Source of the DNA: Girardia tigrina
Taxonomy: Eukaryota
Assembly: GCA_001938485.1 (NCBI GenBank)
Contig: MQRK01227526.1
Location: 62,001-120,851, forward strand
Direction of reading: 5' to 3'
Length of the DNA stretch: 58,851 nt
The notes beneath the pieces are model-generated. The model had not been told where the DNA came from. It saw only the letters and a program-made list of their open reading frames with translations, and made no database searches. Each line of letters begins with the position of its first letter. Position 1 is the stretch's first letter. Made by a program: the position numbers and the translations under genes. Shown here piece after piece: positions 37,644-51,700 of the stretch.

Positions 37644-40600
37644 TTCTATATTATTCATCTATTTTAGAAATAATAATAATTTGTAATGTAAATAATAAAC
37701 CCTCTTATTGACAATAATTATAAATATATATGTAAACAAAAGGTGACAACGGTGAAAGCACATAAAACAATTTTAAAATTTTAGTAAAGCTTATAATTAT
37801 TAACTTTCAAATATTTATATCAAATTAAAAGGAATTTAATTGATAAATAAATAAATATTGGTATATTTAATGATTATATGTAATTAATTTACAAACATAA
37901 TAAATGTGCAACTAAAACTAAAGTCAACCTATACCTTAGCCTTTTCAGACTAAGGGGTATTTTCATACCACAATACTTTTTGCTAATAATTAAGACTTTA
38001 AATACAGGTTGTGACAAAAGTAACGCAAAATCTTGGAACGACTTAATTTTAAATCATACTTTTAAGGTCGTTCAAAATCTATGATTAGTTTGACTCATTT
38101 CTCAGCCGATTTCTATGTTTCAACTTTTCTTTCTTATAAATAAAAAATTTGAATTTCAAATTTGCTTTATNGATTCATCGCTTGTGTTAAGCATAAATTG
38201 GATTTAAAAGTGAACGTTTGGAGTTCATTTAATCGATAATGGAGAACAGATTATCAACCGAAGAAAGAATTAAAGCCGTGAAATACTTTTATAAATGCAG
38301 CAATTACAATAATATAGCAAAGTAATTGAATGTGGAGTTAAATAAAGAGACAATTCAGCCATCAACAATTCAGAGACTCCTGAAGAAGTTTGAAAACACC
38401 GGCTCAGTATGTGACCTTCCAAAGTCAGGACGACCTTCCGTAATAAATGATTTTAATATCCAAACTGCTGTGCTGAGAGAGGTCAATGCTACTGCAACTT
38501 CTTCGTGTCGCAGAATAGCTTGTCAGTTGGATTGTTCCGGTGATGAAATCTCTTACCGAAGTGTCCACCGTTGTCTAAGAAGCTTGGCGTGAAAAAAAGG
38601 CTTTAAACCATACATCCCGAGATTATTTCATGCATTCCATGTAGACGACTCAGATCGACGCCTACACTTTGCAGAAGAATTTTTTGCTTATGCTGAAGAA
38701 AATGTTTTCTTTGTTAATTCCATCTTATGGTCTGATAAGGTAGTATTTAAGCTGAACGGTCACATTAACAGGCACAACTGCATCTACTGGAGAAGCAACA
38801 ATCCCCACGAGATCATCGAAAAAGAAGTAAATCTTCCAGGAGTCACAGTCTGGTGCGGCATTTCTTCTCAAGGAATTATTGAGCCCTACTTCTTTGATGG
38901 TACTATGTCAGGTTCGTCTTACCTTGAAATGCTATCCGAATGGCTGTGGCCTCAGATTGAGTCGAGAATACAAGGTGGTGAACGAATCATTTTCCAGCAC
39001 GACGGAGCAACACCACATTTTGCAATTATTGTGAGAGACTGGTTGAATGCAAAGTTCCCAGCTTCGTGGATTGGAAGGCGTTGTTGGATGGAATGACCAC
39101 CGCGTTTGCCTGATCTTACCCCATCGAGTTTTTTCTTTGGGGAACGTTGAAAGACTTGGTGTACAACAGAAAGCCTCAAACAATCGAGGAATTGACCGAA
39201 GCAATCACCGATAGTGTACAATCAATTGACAATGAGTTGTGCCAAAGGGTGTGCCAGTCGGTATCTTCAAGGCTGCAGAAATGTTTGAACAGCGATGGTC
39301 ATCATTTCGAAGACTGAATTACTATTGGAACATGAATTGAAACGACGTTTTTAGTTGTGTTTGAATAAAAATTTAATATTTTACATGTATATTGTATCTA
39401 AATTTCATGTTTTGCGTTACTTTTGTCACACCCTGTATTTTACTGTTTATTATAAAAAAATATTGTAAGAAATATTAAAATTTTTTGATTTTTGTCAAGA
39501 TTTTATGTTTCAAATAGACTAAAAAGCATTTTTCGCGCTTTTGCTGATATCGAAAAAAGGCGTTATTGTACTTTAAAAATTATACAATTGACTTAGAACG
39601 ACCTTGGTTTACTAAATAGAAAATATGTTGTTTATGGTGTCTTGAAAGCGTCCATATTTTTATGTATGAATGTATATATTTATCACACTTCGTTATGATT
39701 ACCAGACGCTTTCAAGACACCATAAACAACATATTTTCTATTTAGTAAACCAAGGTCGTTCTAAGTCAATTGTATAATTTTTAAAGTTTTACACTCAGAA
39801 ATTTACAAATAGTGATGAATCTTTTTTACTGATGTAAGTATAAAAATGTAGGTATAGAAATATAAAAAAATAATGAGTTTAATTGGTTTTTTTGTCCAGA
39901 GACTATTGTCCAGGGGATTTTGTCTTAGGTAGTCATAGTCTGGAGGGTTTATGTCCTTGAACCGTTTTTATATACATATAATAGAACATTATATTCATAT
40001 TTTTTAGATTTTGCAAGCACTACAAAAGTTATATATTTCAAAAGAATTATTTGATCTTCATTGATAGAAGATAATATTAGTGTAGATATGAGAAAATAAA
40101 AATAATCCTTATAATATTTTTTTTAATTTTCAAATAAAATCCGGGTTGTCGTTAGATCTAAGATTTTTTTGTCAAATTTATCAATCTTCTCGGAAAGTCT
40201 TTGGTTTAAAATTTCACGTTTGATTGTTCTTCAATTCTCTATTTGATATTAAAACACCTTACGTTTAAAATGGCCAGTTTACGAAATGGTTATGGAGTGC
40301 CCGTGAACAACAACTGGAACCAAAGAGGAAGAAAATTAATCAAAGGAAAAATTCATAAGTCGAAAGTCAAATATTAATTTAAATGATAAATTTTATAATG
40401 AAAGTAACTCAAAAATTTAGTATTTAAAAAGGTAATTCCAGAATTATTACCCCATATAAAGGAGATTCAAAGCACCTTGATTAAGGGAACCATTGGTCTG
40501 CTGATTATAGCATCAATTATTGGATCGAAAAAAATTAACAATATAATTATTATCAATGGTTTCTTTTATATTTTATATATGTTATTTTGTTTCACTGATT

Positions 40601-43600
40601 TCTTACGCTTTTGTTGAAATATTAAAATATGTTCTATTATTTATTTATTATTTGTCCTTTTAATGTAAAGGAGAAATAGAGAATCTGCAACCTATCTAAT
40701 ATGAGTGTCCGGATGTTTTGTCGCAGCACGATTCATCACACTTTGAGTTTTATTTTTTACAACTTATCACACTTATTTTTAATTTTAAAAGAAATCACAC
40801 TTTAATCTATTTTTTTCAGAATCAAAATTAGTACGAATTATCGTTAAAATACTTTTTTATTTAGTTTAATATTTAAGCAGGAGTGATGAATCATACGATG
40901 ATGAATTGCTCAGTGATGAAAGGTCTTGTTCTTCCTGTTATATCCACAACCGGATTTACAAACAATTGTATTACGGGAGCAATAATAATCTACAGTAGCT
41001 TAGCCGGGAATATTTGCCACAATGTAGTAAAAAGCCTGTGAAGAGCTTTTATTTAGTATTTCAGCCCCTTTTTCACAATTCTGAGTTACATTATTGGAAC
41101 ATGATTGCGACATGAAAAATTCATAGATTTTTAATATATCCTTGACATTGAATATACAACCCTACCTATCCATTGCCCTAAACGTTGGCTTACTGTTTTG
41201 TCTCTAAAAGGAAAGTTTTTAGAATTTTGGATTGCTTTGAAACCTTTTGTTATATATGCTAACGATATAGCAAAAGTTTTAGAAAACTTTTTCAGTGACG
41301 ATTCTAGTTAACCTTTTTTATTTCTGCATAGTTCAGTGATACTTTCTAATAAAAAAATTTAATTCTAAATAAACACATTTTTTTATATTACCATGTTTTT
41401 ATTAATAACTGATAACTTTAATATTTTTATTTTTTTCCATATTTTTTCCATTCAAAACCTAAACTAAAGATTCTTTCTTTTAACTATTCTCTATCAATTT
41501 TTATTTTCACTCTTTTAAAATATTTTGTTTTACTTAAGTCACTATAATCAGTAAAAGTTTACAAAATTATTTTTTTCCATAAAACATTTTTCGAAAATAC
41601 TTAATGTAAACAGATATATAAATTATAATTGAATAATATAAAATTTATTAAAAAGAATTATCTACTTACAAATTAAAAGTAGTTTCATTGGTTTGTTTTA
41701 TTTTAATTAACAATTTCGATTTTTCAGATTAACCTTTTTTGTATTTAGCTCATTATAAGTGATTCAAATATCAAACAGAACACTTTGTGTAACCAACATA
41801 CTTGAAACGAATTTATATGTTAATACGTTCATTTTGTAAATTTGTGTAATATTTTTGTTAAATAATAAAGTTTCGAAGTAATGTTTGAAAAAGTAATTTG
41901 AGGTAACTTGATTACATAGAAGTGAAATTGAAGACTTTTCAAGAAGATAGGTGAATTTCATCGAACATAATCGAAATTATATCATGGTTCACGGTTTTGA
42001 AACGTTTCGTCACATTAAAATTTTATCCAGAAATTTCGGTCACAAAAAATTCTTCAAAAAACAGCAATTTCTTATTACGTTTCTTCTGTTTTGATAATTA
42101 TTCCCGCCAACATCATCTTGACCAGGAAACAGTTATCGTAACTAAGATGTTGTTCTGCAAAATATTCCCCGATTTAATGTAGTGTTTTTAAGTTGTTTAT
42201 AATTATATTTTAATTAATTCTAAATTGGTAGAAATATAATAAAATATAATTTACAAATTTTGAGACATCTATGTTTTATCATAATTTTTTTGAAACCATA
42301 AGTAAAGTAAAAATACCTTTCTTGCCGAGATTTGGATCCAAATCGTATAACCTTCCCAAAATAAAATAATAAGAAAAACCAACGTCATAAAGCTTTTCTT
42401 TAAGATCTTTGATTTCATCCTTTACCTTAATGTAAAAATAATATTATAATAATTGATTTGATTTTAAAATACGGATTCCAGTAATGTAACAGGTAAGCAT
42501 TGTCTGAATAATCGTTTATTAATCCATTAAAATCCACAACATGTTTAGTTCTCAACGTAAAATATTCGACCGTTTCGTCCATTGAATAAACAAAAAACTT
42601 TGTCAAAAAAACTATATGTATATATACTATGTATAAATATATATGAAAAATTATTTTGTTAATGCTTTTTTAAGAAATTGTAAATGTTTCGGAAATTCTT
42701 CTTTGATCATCAGCAATTATCAGAAAATTTACTATTCACTATTTAATTCTGCAATTCATCGACACGAATGAGCGCTGTTAGAGAAACTCGATTTAAGGAT
42801 TTATTTGATCGATTAAAATATATTCTGTTCGATATCGATTTATTTATTATTTGAATCTGTTTATCAATCGAATTCCTTTCCAGAAATTCATCGCGAAGAA
42901 AACGAAAAAATCTTTTCTAAAATCGATAATTTCGATTATTACTTTTTACAGAGGAGCGCACCTCTATGGGCCCGGATGCTCCCGAACTCACCTCCAGACC
43001 TTGATGCAATCATTAACTGTTTTGTTGAGTGTCTTAAATTAATCATACTTGAAACTTAACCAATGAATATATCGTAAAATATAAAAAGTAAATAATGTGA
43101 ACAAATAAAAATAATAATTGCTAAAAATGCATAAAAATGTGTTTAGCAAAAACAAACAGAAATAAAAAAATACTAAAAAGGATCACTAAATCTAACTACC
43201 TCTATAAATATAAATAATAAATATTTATGTCAAAACAGTTTTTAAAATATTAAATATAAATTGAAAGGACATTCACTCGAGATTGAAGAATTGAGAAGAT
43301 TAAAAAGATTATTTGGTCGAAAAATATTTCTGGTTTAATTTTCTTTCACACTTAAAACTCTAAAACAGTGATTCCTAACCTGGGTGCCGCGAGTGTCTGA
43401 AAAGGGTGCCGCGAGCTTGTGAGATGTATGAAATTTTAAAAGAATAAAATACGTATTGCATATAAATATATAATATAAAATGCATGAAAAAATGAAACTG
43501 TACAAAAAATTTCAATAATATAAAATAAATATTTAAATTACTTTTACTTTAAATTCATTGCAAAATAATAACACTCAGTAAATCTCTGATATACGCATGT

Positions 43601-45743
43601 CGTAAGAATGTTCAGTGCATTGGAATGGTAGGAGCATAGTGTGTATCACGACAGCGACTGTTTGTTATGCTTATGTCGACATGCAAAATAAAAGGTTTTT
43701 TTTAAAAAATATAAATATTTATTGATGATATTTCAAACAAATCTTCATCAACCATTTTCTCTTCGCTGATACCCAAACTTTTACAATTTCAATCAACTTT
43801 TATAACTAAAGCAATCGTGTTGCAAAAAGTAGCAGAAATTGCAACTTTTTGCAACTTTTTCGGTTCCCCTATTTATAACTCTAATAAATTTCAATACAAT
43901 TTTTTATGTAATTACTTTTAAAAAATTTATAAACTCAAAACGATTTTTTATGTTACTACCGTTTATCGTGCGTAAAAGTCAAAATGAAAATATCATACTG
44001 ACTCATTGTTTTATACATCGCGAAGCTCTAATAGCAAAAATAATCTGATCTTAACTCAAACAAGTTGTGGATGAAGTAATTTAAATGTTTACTTATGTTA
44101 AAAATATGCCACTTAAATCGAGGATTTGTAACAATTATGTGAAGAGATGGAAAGTCAAGATAAAAACTTAATATTTCATACGGAAATAAGATAGCTTTCT
44201 AAAGTTCGCGTTTTGAATCACTTCTTCGAATTAAAGAAAGAAATTGAGGAAATTTTTCACTAAAACAGAAAAGAGTTCTGCAAATTATTACAAAATCAAT
44301 TATTGTGTTTAAAAGTTTCATATTTGACAGACATATTTCGTCATTTAAATGCACTAAATTTAAGGATGCAAGGTAAACATGTAAATATTTTGTTTTCTAC
44401 AGATAAAATTAAAACCTTTCAAGCTAAAATCAAATTATGGAACGAAAAAATAAGAGAAGGTAACATAAGTATGTTAGTAAAAGTTGAGGAGAGTAAAACC
44501 AAAAAATTGCATTTTATAATTTGCAATCACTTTACGTCCTTACACGAAGAAATTTTGCACTATTTTCCAGAAATTTTAATTGAATGATATGACTGGATAC
44601 TTAATTCTTTTTTGAATCTACTCATGATTTAAATCTTTCAGAGGAAGAGCAATTATTAAATATTCATAATGATCGTTCACTGCTATAGAAAAAAATCAGA
44701 AATTTCTATTGATTCGTTTTGGGTAGAAATTCGAAAAAAAATATTTAAATATAGGGAAAAGAGCTGGTGAAATTCTATTACAATTGTCTACCTCGTATTT
44801 ATGAGAAGCAGAATTTTCTGCTGTCATAAAGATAAAAACAAAGGAAGAGCAAGACTCAATTCTGTTGAAAATGAATTGAGAGTATGACTTTCATATGTTC
44901 GACCTGACATTGACACATTAATTGCAAATCTCCAAGGTCAAGTGTCTCATTAGTAATTTTTAATAATAAAATAAAAATTATCTTGTTCATTAGAAATAAA
45001 TATTTGTGCTTGTATGTGATTCTTATATATATATATATTATCTAGAACTTATAATGGCATTTTTAATAATAATGAAAAGAAAGGCCATTTTTGAATATTA
45101 AATTTATTCACAATACAAACGCGTTTCACCATTTCGGCATCTTCAGTGCAATGAAATAGTGATTAATTGCTATTTATTAACAACGTAAGAATGCATGAAA
45201 TGTTCTTAGATGGCGAAAGTTTGAAAATGAAGCAGAAACTTCTAAGAAGATATATCGAGAAAGAACGATCGAATTTGAAAGTGATACGTAATGAATTACA
45301 TAAAGTAAAATTATTGCTATTGAGTATAGTTGGTATTGATTATTTTCATTTATGCGTCTCATATGTTGTAAATTGATTTAATGATATTTATGTGTCAAAA
45401 TTAAAAATTCTTTTAAAGTGATTTTAAATAATTTTGACACAAATTATGAAAGGATTATTGCCGAAGCATTGTTAATAAAGCATCATCAACCATGCTTAAA
45501 CGTGCAAGGTGATTCATCTAATCATATTCATAATCATAATCGAACAACCTAATATTAAAGTTTTTTAAATATCATTAAATACTTTTTTTAAAGAAAAAAA
45601 GAAAAAAAGCATGTTTTGAGACGTATGATGTAATAGTTTTTCAACTATATAAATAGCAATTAATCACTTTATTTCATTGCACTGAAGATGAAACGCGTTT
45701 GTATTGGGAATAAATTTAATATTCAAAAATGGCCTTTCTTTTC

Positions 45744-45790
<47 letters not shown>

Positions 45791-48700
45791 ATTATGTAAT
45801 AAAAATGTGGTATGCGATTAATATGTTCGGTTCTAATAAAAATAATAGTCATTTTTGGGTGCCGCGAAATTTTAAGATTGCATATTGCGGTGCCGCCACC
45901 TGAAAAAGTTTGGGAAACACTGCTCTAACAAATATCTGTTAAATTCAAAAATTAGAACAAAAAAAATATAAAACTTAAAGAGCGAAGAGAAAGAAAAAGA
46001 ATTAAATGAAAAAGATCATCTTCAAGACAAGCAATGACCAACAGCAAGGTGTAATGAGGATATTCCTTTTATTCTTTTATCTCAAATTTCTTAGAGTTCA
46101 TTTATAATTTATAATTTATATTTTTATTGTGATCATCAAGAATTTTATGATTACTATCTAATAAAATAAATAAACAATTTAATCTGTTCTTAATCTTTTA
46201 CATCTTTTTTTAAAATTGAAGCTTTCTGTAAATATAAAGAGAAATTCCTTTAAGGAAATATTATTCTTATTTGAACTTTTAAAAATAATAATGTTTATTT
46301 AGCATACAATTATAAATATAAAGTCGTGCTACATTACGTCTAAATAAATTGTCAAGAACATGCTTCTAGGGGTTCACATTCGTTTATTTATAATAAATCG
46401 TATTACAATACTTTTTAGACGTTATTATTAGTAATGTTTGTCAACAAAGATGAAGATGATTATAAATTTCAAAGGGAAAGTTTTCAAACTTTAACATCAA
46501 CGAAAATATTTCTTTTAAGTTTTAAAAATAATTCCTTAAAATATGCGATGAATAATTAAACGTTTCTGAAAGAGAAACAAGAAAATACGACAAAAAACAA
46601 TATTCTTGTTTTTAGAACAATTATTGTTCTTGGTAAAATCATCTGAGTCGTTTAAGTTCTCACTTTTTGGGATCGAATTTAGTCTTCAAAATCCTTTCCA
46701 TTAAAGGTAATTATTTGATGTTTGTTTAAGCGCTGTTGTATAATGGATATATGCCAGTAGTATAAGTAGTGTACATTAATATAGATTTTCAGTGTACTCT
46801 TGCACAACTTGAGTTCAAAAGATGTCAAGAATACTAAAAATTTCAAATAGGATTATGCGAAAGTATATCAAACAAGATATTGGATTAAAAAGTAAAAATT
46901 CTTGATAATTTTAAAGTTCGTCTCGTTACTCTGAAGACTTAACAAAAATAAAAAATATAGGAAAACCTTTTAAAATTTATTCGTCCTTAGATAAAATGTT
47001 TAGTCATTTGACCACGTTTAAGAATCTACTTTATAAATTCTAATCTAATTTAAAAATTTAAATGGGAATCGCATGCAAATCATTGAAAAAGTTTCCTACC
47101 TTTCTAGGTAAATACTGAGAAGAACAACATCAATATACATTACTTGCATTATTAAAGATAAATTTTAATAATAATAAATAAAGATTTTTTGCCAGTCAAA
47201 TGCCATAACGGGTATGGGTGACAATTCATGCGACTTCTTAAATCCTTTATTACATTTTTTGATTAAATAAGCCTCAATCAAATAGCATTTTAAGCCATGC
47301 AATAAATGAAAATCCGCAAAAAAACATTTTAATAAAATATATAATTTATTGTCTTTCGCTTCCACACTTATTCGTAGACTTTTGGACATGAATTCGCATT
47401 CTAGATTGTTTGGTAAAGAGACTTAAACTTAGGTTACGAGAACCAGGAAATTTGTTCAACCAAATCTTTGAGTTTTCAAATATTTACCCTAACCCTTCGA
47501 ACTTCGAAAGGAAATAACCTTGACCATAAATTCTACAAATTCTTCAATTTAGTGTCTGAAGAACCTTTAATAACAGTTTGCTTTCTCGTTTCCTCTTCAC
47601 AAAGAGGAAACTTATTAATAAACAAATCTAGACTCAGTAAGGTTTTAAGGTTTTTTTTAATTATTTAGTAACTAAAATTGAGAATCTATTCATTCTAGCT
47701 ATTCTTACTTATGTAATGTTATCTTAATCCAATCACATTTACGTGTTACGCTACTTGAAACGTTCCTGGCGCGGAAACGATAAAAGAAGTTTTTACTTTA
47801 TCATATTCATTTATTACATACGCAAGGAGACAATTTTCAAGTCGTTCAAAATAATTTTATTGAGATGCTAAAACTTCTTCATGTGATGAAAAGAGAGATT
47901 AGATCAGGAAGTAGAATGGATGTTCAATCACTTGAAAGGGGTTTTAACCATATTTTAACAACTTACCAGCATAACGGATTGGTACGTTGTAAAAATGTGT
48001 TGAAGAACTCTGTATAGAGTAATTACCTAGATTTAGCCATCACAAAAACCACTTCGTGAGTCAATGCAATGTCTTATTGGAATATGATAATTTTCCTTTT
48101 CAAATAAGGTCTTGTCTAAAACATTTCTACACCAAATTTATCAAAACGTTTTGATCATTTCTAATTTAATATTGTTTTACCGATTTGAAAATAATAAATT
48201 GACAAAATGTCTTTTGTATCTAAAAAACCGATGCTTTAGAGTTGAACAACCGTACCCAATTCACCCTGTGGCTTGTTCGTGAAGTTCAGGATCAGGACAG
48301 AAAACCTAAGTCTCATCCTAAGTTATAAGCCGATTGTTTATAAAGATTTCTTTCTTTAAAACTATTCAAATGTTGTTGAGAAGAATTTATTAGAAATCCT
48401 TTGTGATCAGATATTGACAAAGGCTACTTTCCTCTTACGTATAGCTTTCTCAAGCCTAAATCCTTCAAAATAATTTCATCCGATCAGTCAAAGTCATTTG
48501 TATATCAATTTTAACTTTATCAGGCAGAAAATTATTCATTTCTATGTTAGTAGTAGTAGTAATACTTGTTAAATGCCATACACATGGATGGTCTTCAATG
48601 CTCTAATGGTCATGATTAAACTCTGTGACAAACCATTGACGATAAGGAGCAGGATCACACAGTATATATCTTTTTACTAACAATTTCAACATTTCTTAAA

Positions 48701-51700
48701 ATTTTTTTACATCAAGAATTGGATTAGATCACAATATTCAAATGTTTTCAATTTAAACTAGTAAATCAAAAAATTAAATTGTTTATATCCATTCTTTATG
48801 CAGACAGAACTCTACTTTGCCAACGAAGTTTTTAAAATTTAAAAAATTTATTAAAAACGCATTAAAAATTAATGTAAAATACTTATAATTTATAAATCTT
48901 GCAATTAATATTGTTCGGGAACTCCGAATTTTCCGTTTTTCCCATTTTGGGATCTTAAAAAGTTTTTTTCGATCAAATTTTCACATAATCACTTATTGTC
49001 ATCGAGAATGAGTGAGTTTGAAAAGTTTTAAGAAAATCAATTGAGTAAAAAGCCTTCAAAAACAGGTTTCTAAATTCCATGGATACATATATATATATAT
49101 ATATATACCTATATAGAAGGTAAGCTAATAAAAAGAATGGAAAAATAGCTTTTAAACGAGTACTTTGTGTAGTTTTCCTTTCATATTTGTTTATAGAAAA
49201 TAAAAAGGATTTTATAGCGCTTGCAGGGATTACAAGATGGTGCTGGATGACCTTTTAAATTAGCTTTGTTGACTAATAAGATGAAATCCGTGAAAATGTT
49301 TCATCTAACATGATTTTCGAATTTTCCGATTTTCCATGATATTTTTCGGATCATCTCAAGATGATAAAATGTAAAAATTAGGTTTGGCCATGGCAAAGAA
49401 CGAAGGGTGTGGTAACATTTGACTTTTTTTCTTTTGCTATTATCAACTTTTAAATTTGAATTAAAAAGAAGTTTTACAAATTATTATTCAAAAAATTTAA
49501 TTATTTACAAGTTTATTTAACATCGCAAATTTCGACGGAGCCATTATGGACTTTAATATATTTTATATAATTGGTACATATGGACAGACAAAAATATTAT
49601 ATAAAGAGGAACATTGAGTTTTCAAGTAAAGGATTTTTTATTTGCTCAATACGTATTCCTTAACTTCAAGATTTTTTGGAAAACATTTCAGCTTCTTTAA
49701 CAGTCTTTGACAAAATTGGAACATCTTTATTAAATTGAAACTTCAAAAATTAGGAAAATTTATTTTCTAAAAGTAATTTACTTACAAAAACTAGGGATTT
49801 ATAATATAAAATCCTATTAATCATCATATTATATAATAAAATAACTATAAAATAATTATTAAATATGAAACAAATTAGCAATGTCAAAATATTAAAACAA
49901 CAAATATCGAAAAAAACAACTAAACTTTTTGTTAAATTTAATTTAAATGATTAATAAAATTATTAAGATTATTAATCTTTATTTATATCTTTAAATGTGA
50001 ACTTTAAAGTAACGATTTATGAATAACGATTTCGAGAAGGACGAAATATCTTCGATACATTTTCTTTAGATAAATAAATAAATAAATAAAACCAATAATG
50101 AAGCTTGATACAGATATAATAGTTACAAAACCGAACTGTCTTACCATAAATTTAGCGAGAATATATTGTGTTTTGATGGTCTTGCTATTACTGGTCTTAG
50201 GCTGAACACCATCAGGGGTCAAAGATTCGGACTACAGAAATTCAGATTGACTATTTTAAACTATCATAGAAGACCATTTCACTTACCTCATGCATCTCAT
50301 AAGCTTCAGTCATCACTCGATATATGGCTTCTTTGTCGAGGGTATCCTTCACTTCCTAAATATGAGAGTTGTAAAACATTAAAATTTAAAAAAAAAGAGT
50401 CAAAAGATATTTTTTTTTAAATCCAACGAACTCTACAAAATCAAAAAACTTTTTCTGTATATTTATTATTGACTTAAAAAATTTTTGTTGTTCGAAAATC
50501 AGGAATCATAGAGGTAAGTTGTGTATGGTGAAATATGATTAACACTCCAATAGTCTATCTCCCTTTCGTAATACGAGGGATCCCTGAAGATTTCCCACTG
50601 TTTTTTATTTGTGAAAACGGCATTAAGTCTTCAAAATACAATTAAAAGATGTAAGCATAAGTAATGTATTTTATTACATTTTCAGACATAAATGCAATTG
50701 AACATTAAAAAGAACGTATCTCTTCTACAACTTAATATATTCTATGCTACAACACGGACAAAAAGATTGTAAAAAAATAATTAAATCATCTATCATTACG
50801 ATAATGCGCTTCCGCATGGTGTTAAATAAGGGATGGGAACTGTTTTGGTTCTAAACATATTAACAGAAGCATATCTGGATCATCAGATATACCCCTATCA
50901 GAAAAGCTGGTTAACTAATAAGGTTTACTAAGCATTGATATAATATTAAGCCTATGTCAAACATAGATTGCTTCAAAGATCCAAAGCCTTTTAACAAAAA
51001 AAATTGATCGTCTTTCTCACAAACAGGAACAAGTAATTAAAGTTTATGGAAATAAAAAAATAATGTCAACGCAAATTGAATGGTATCAAAAATGTTGAAG
51101 CAGAACTTGTTTATTGAACAATCTTTGTACTAAGAACTTACATTGTCAGTAAAAGAAAGAATCGAGAATGTTTTAAAATTTAACATGTGGAGAACTTAAA
51201 GAGTAAGTCAGAATACAGTAGTTTTGATGGGATTTTTTTGATATATTCTTTTAGACAGATCTTTTAAAGCTTTTAACAAAGGTATTATCAGCATCACAAT
51301 TTGCGTGAAAACATTTATTAACAAGAAAAAGAGACTCATCTGTCCTATAATTTTCTATAACATCATCTGCGGTAAGCATCTTTTTTCGATTGATATATTT
51401 TTGTATATTTATTCAAATCTTTGATTTATGAAGGGTTAGGGTTATCATTTGTTAGATAAAGCAATTGATAACTTTTAATTAATTAACATTTAAAAATTAA
51501 TCTCATTAAATTAATTTCATTAAAATTAGGTAATCAATCAATAACATATCAATCCCATCTGAGTAGGAGAGTCACTAGTCTAAACTGCATTCAAACAGTA
51601 AACTGACAACATTCAGAATTTTATCTCACTTTCTGAAATTTTTTTTTCTATTAACCTTTATCGAAAGATATTTATATTCATTTGTATTACCTACCGGACG

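Larger units (their letters stand above)
43366..45922 (+). mobile_element. hAT (Buster/Charlie-type) DNA transposon, degenerate
   Basis: TIRs CAGTGATTCCTAACCT and CAGTGTTTCCCAAACT; 8-bp TSD CTCTAAAA/CTCTAACA with central TA; subterminal GTGCCGC repeats; THCFIHREAL, HTEIR*LS, YLTDIF..LN.LNL.MQG, STSYL*E.FS. Confidence 0.92.
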
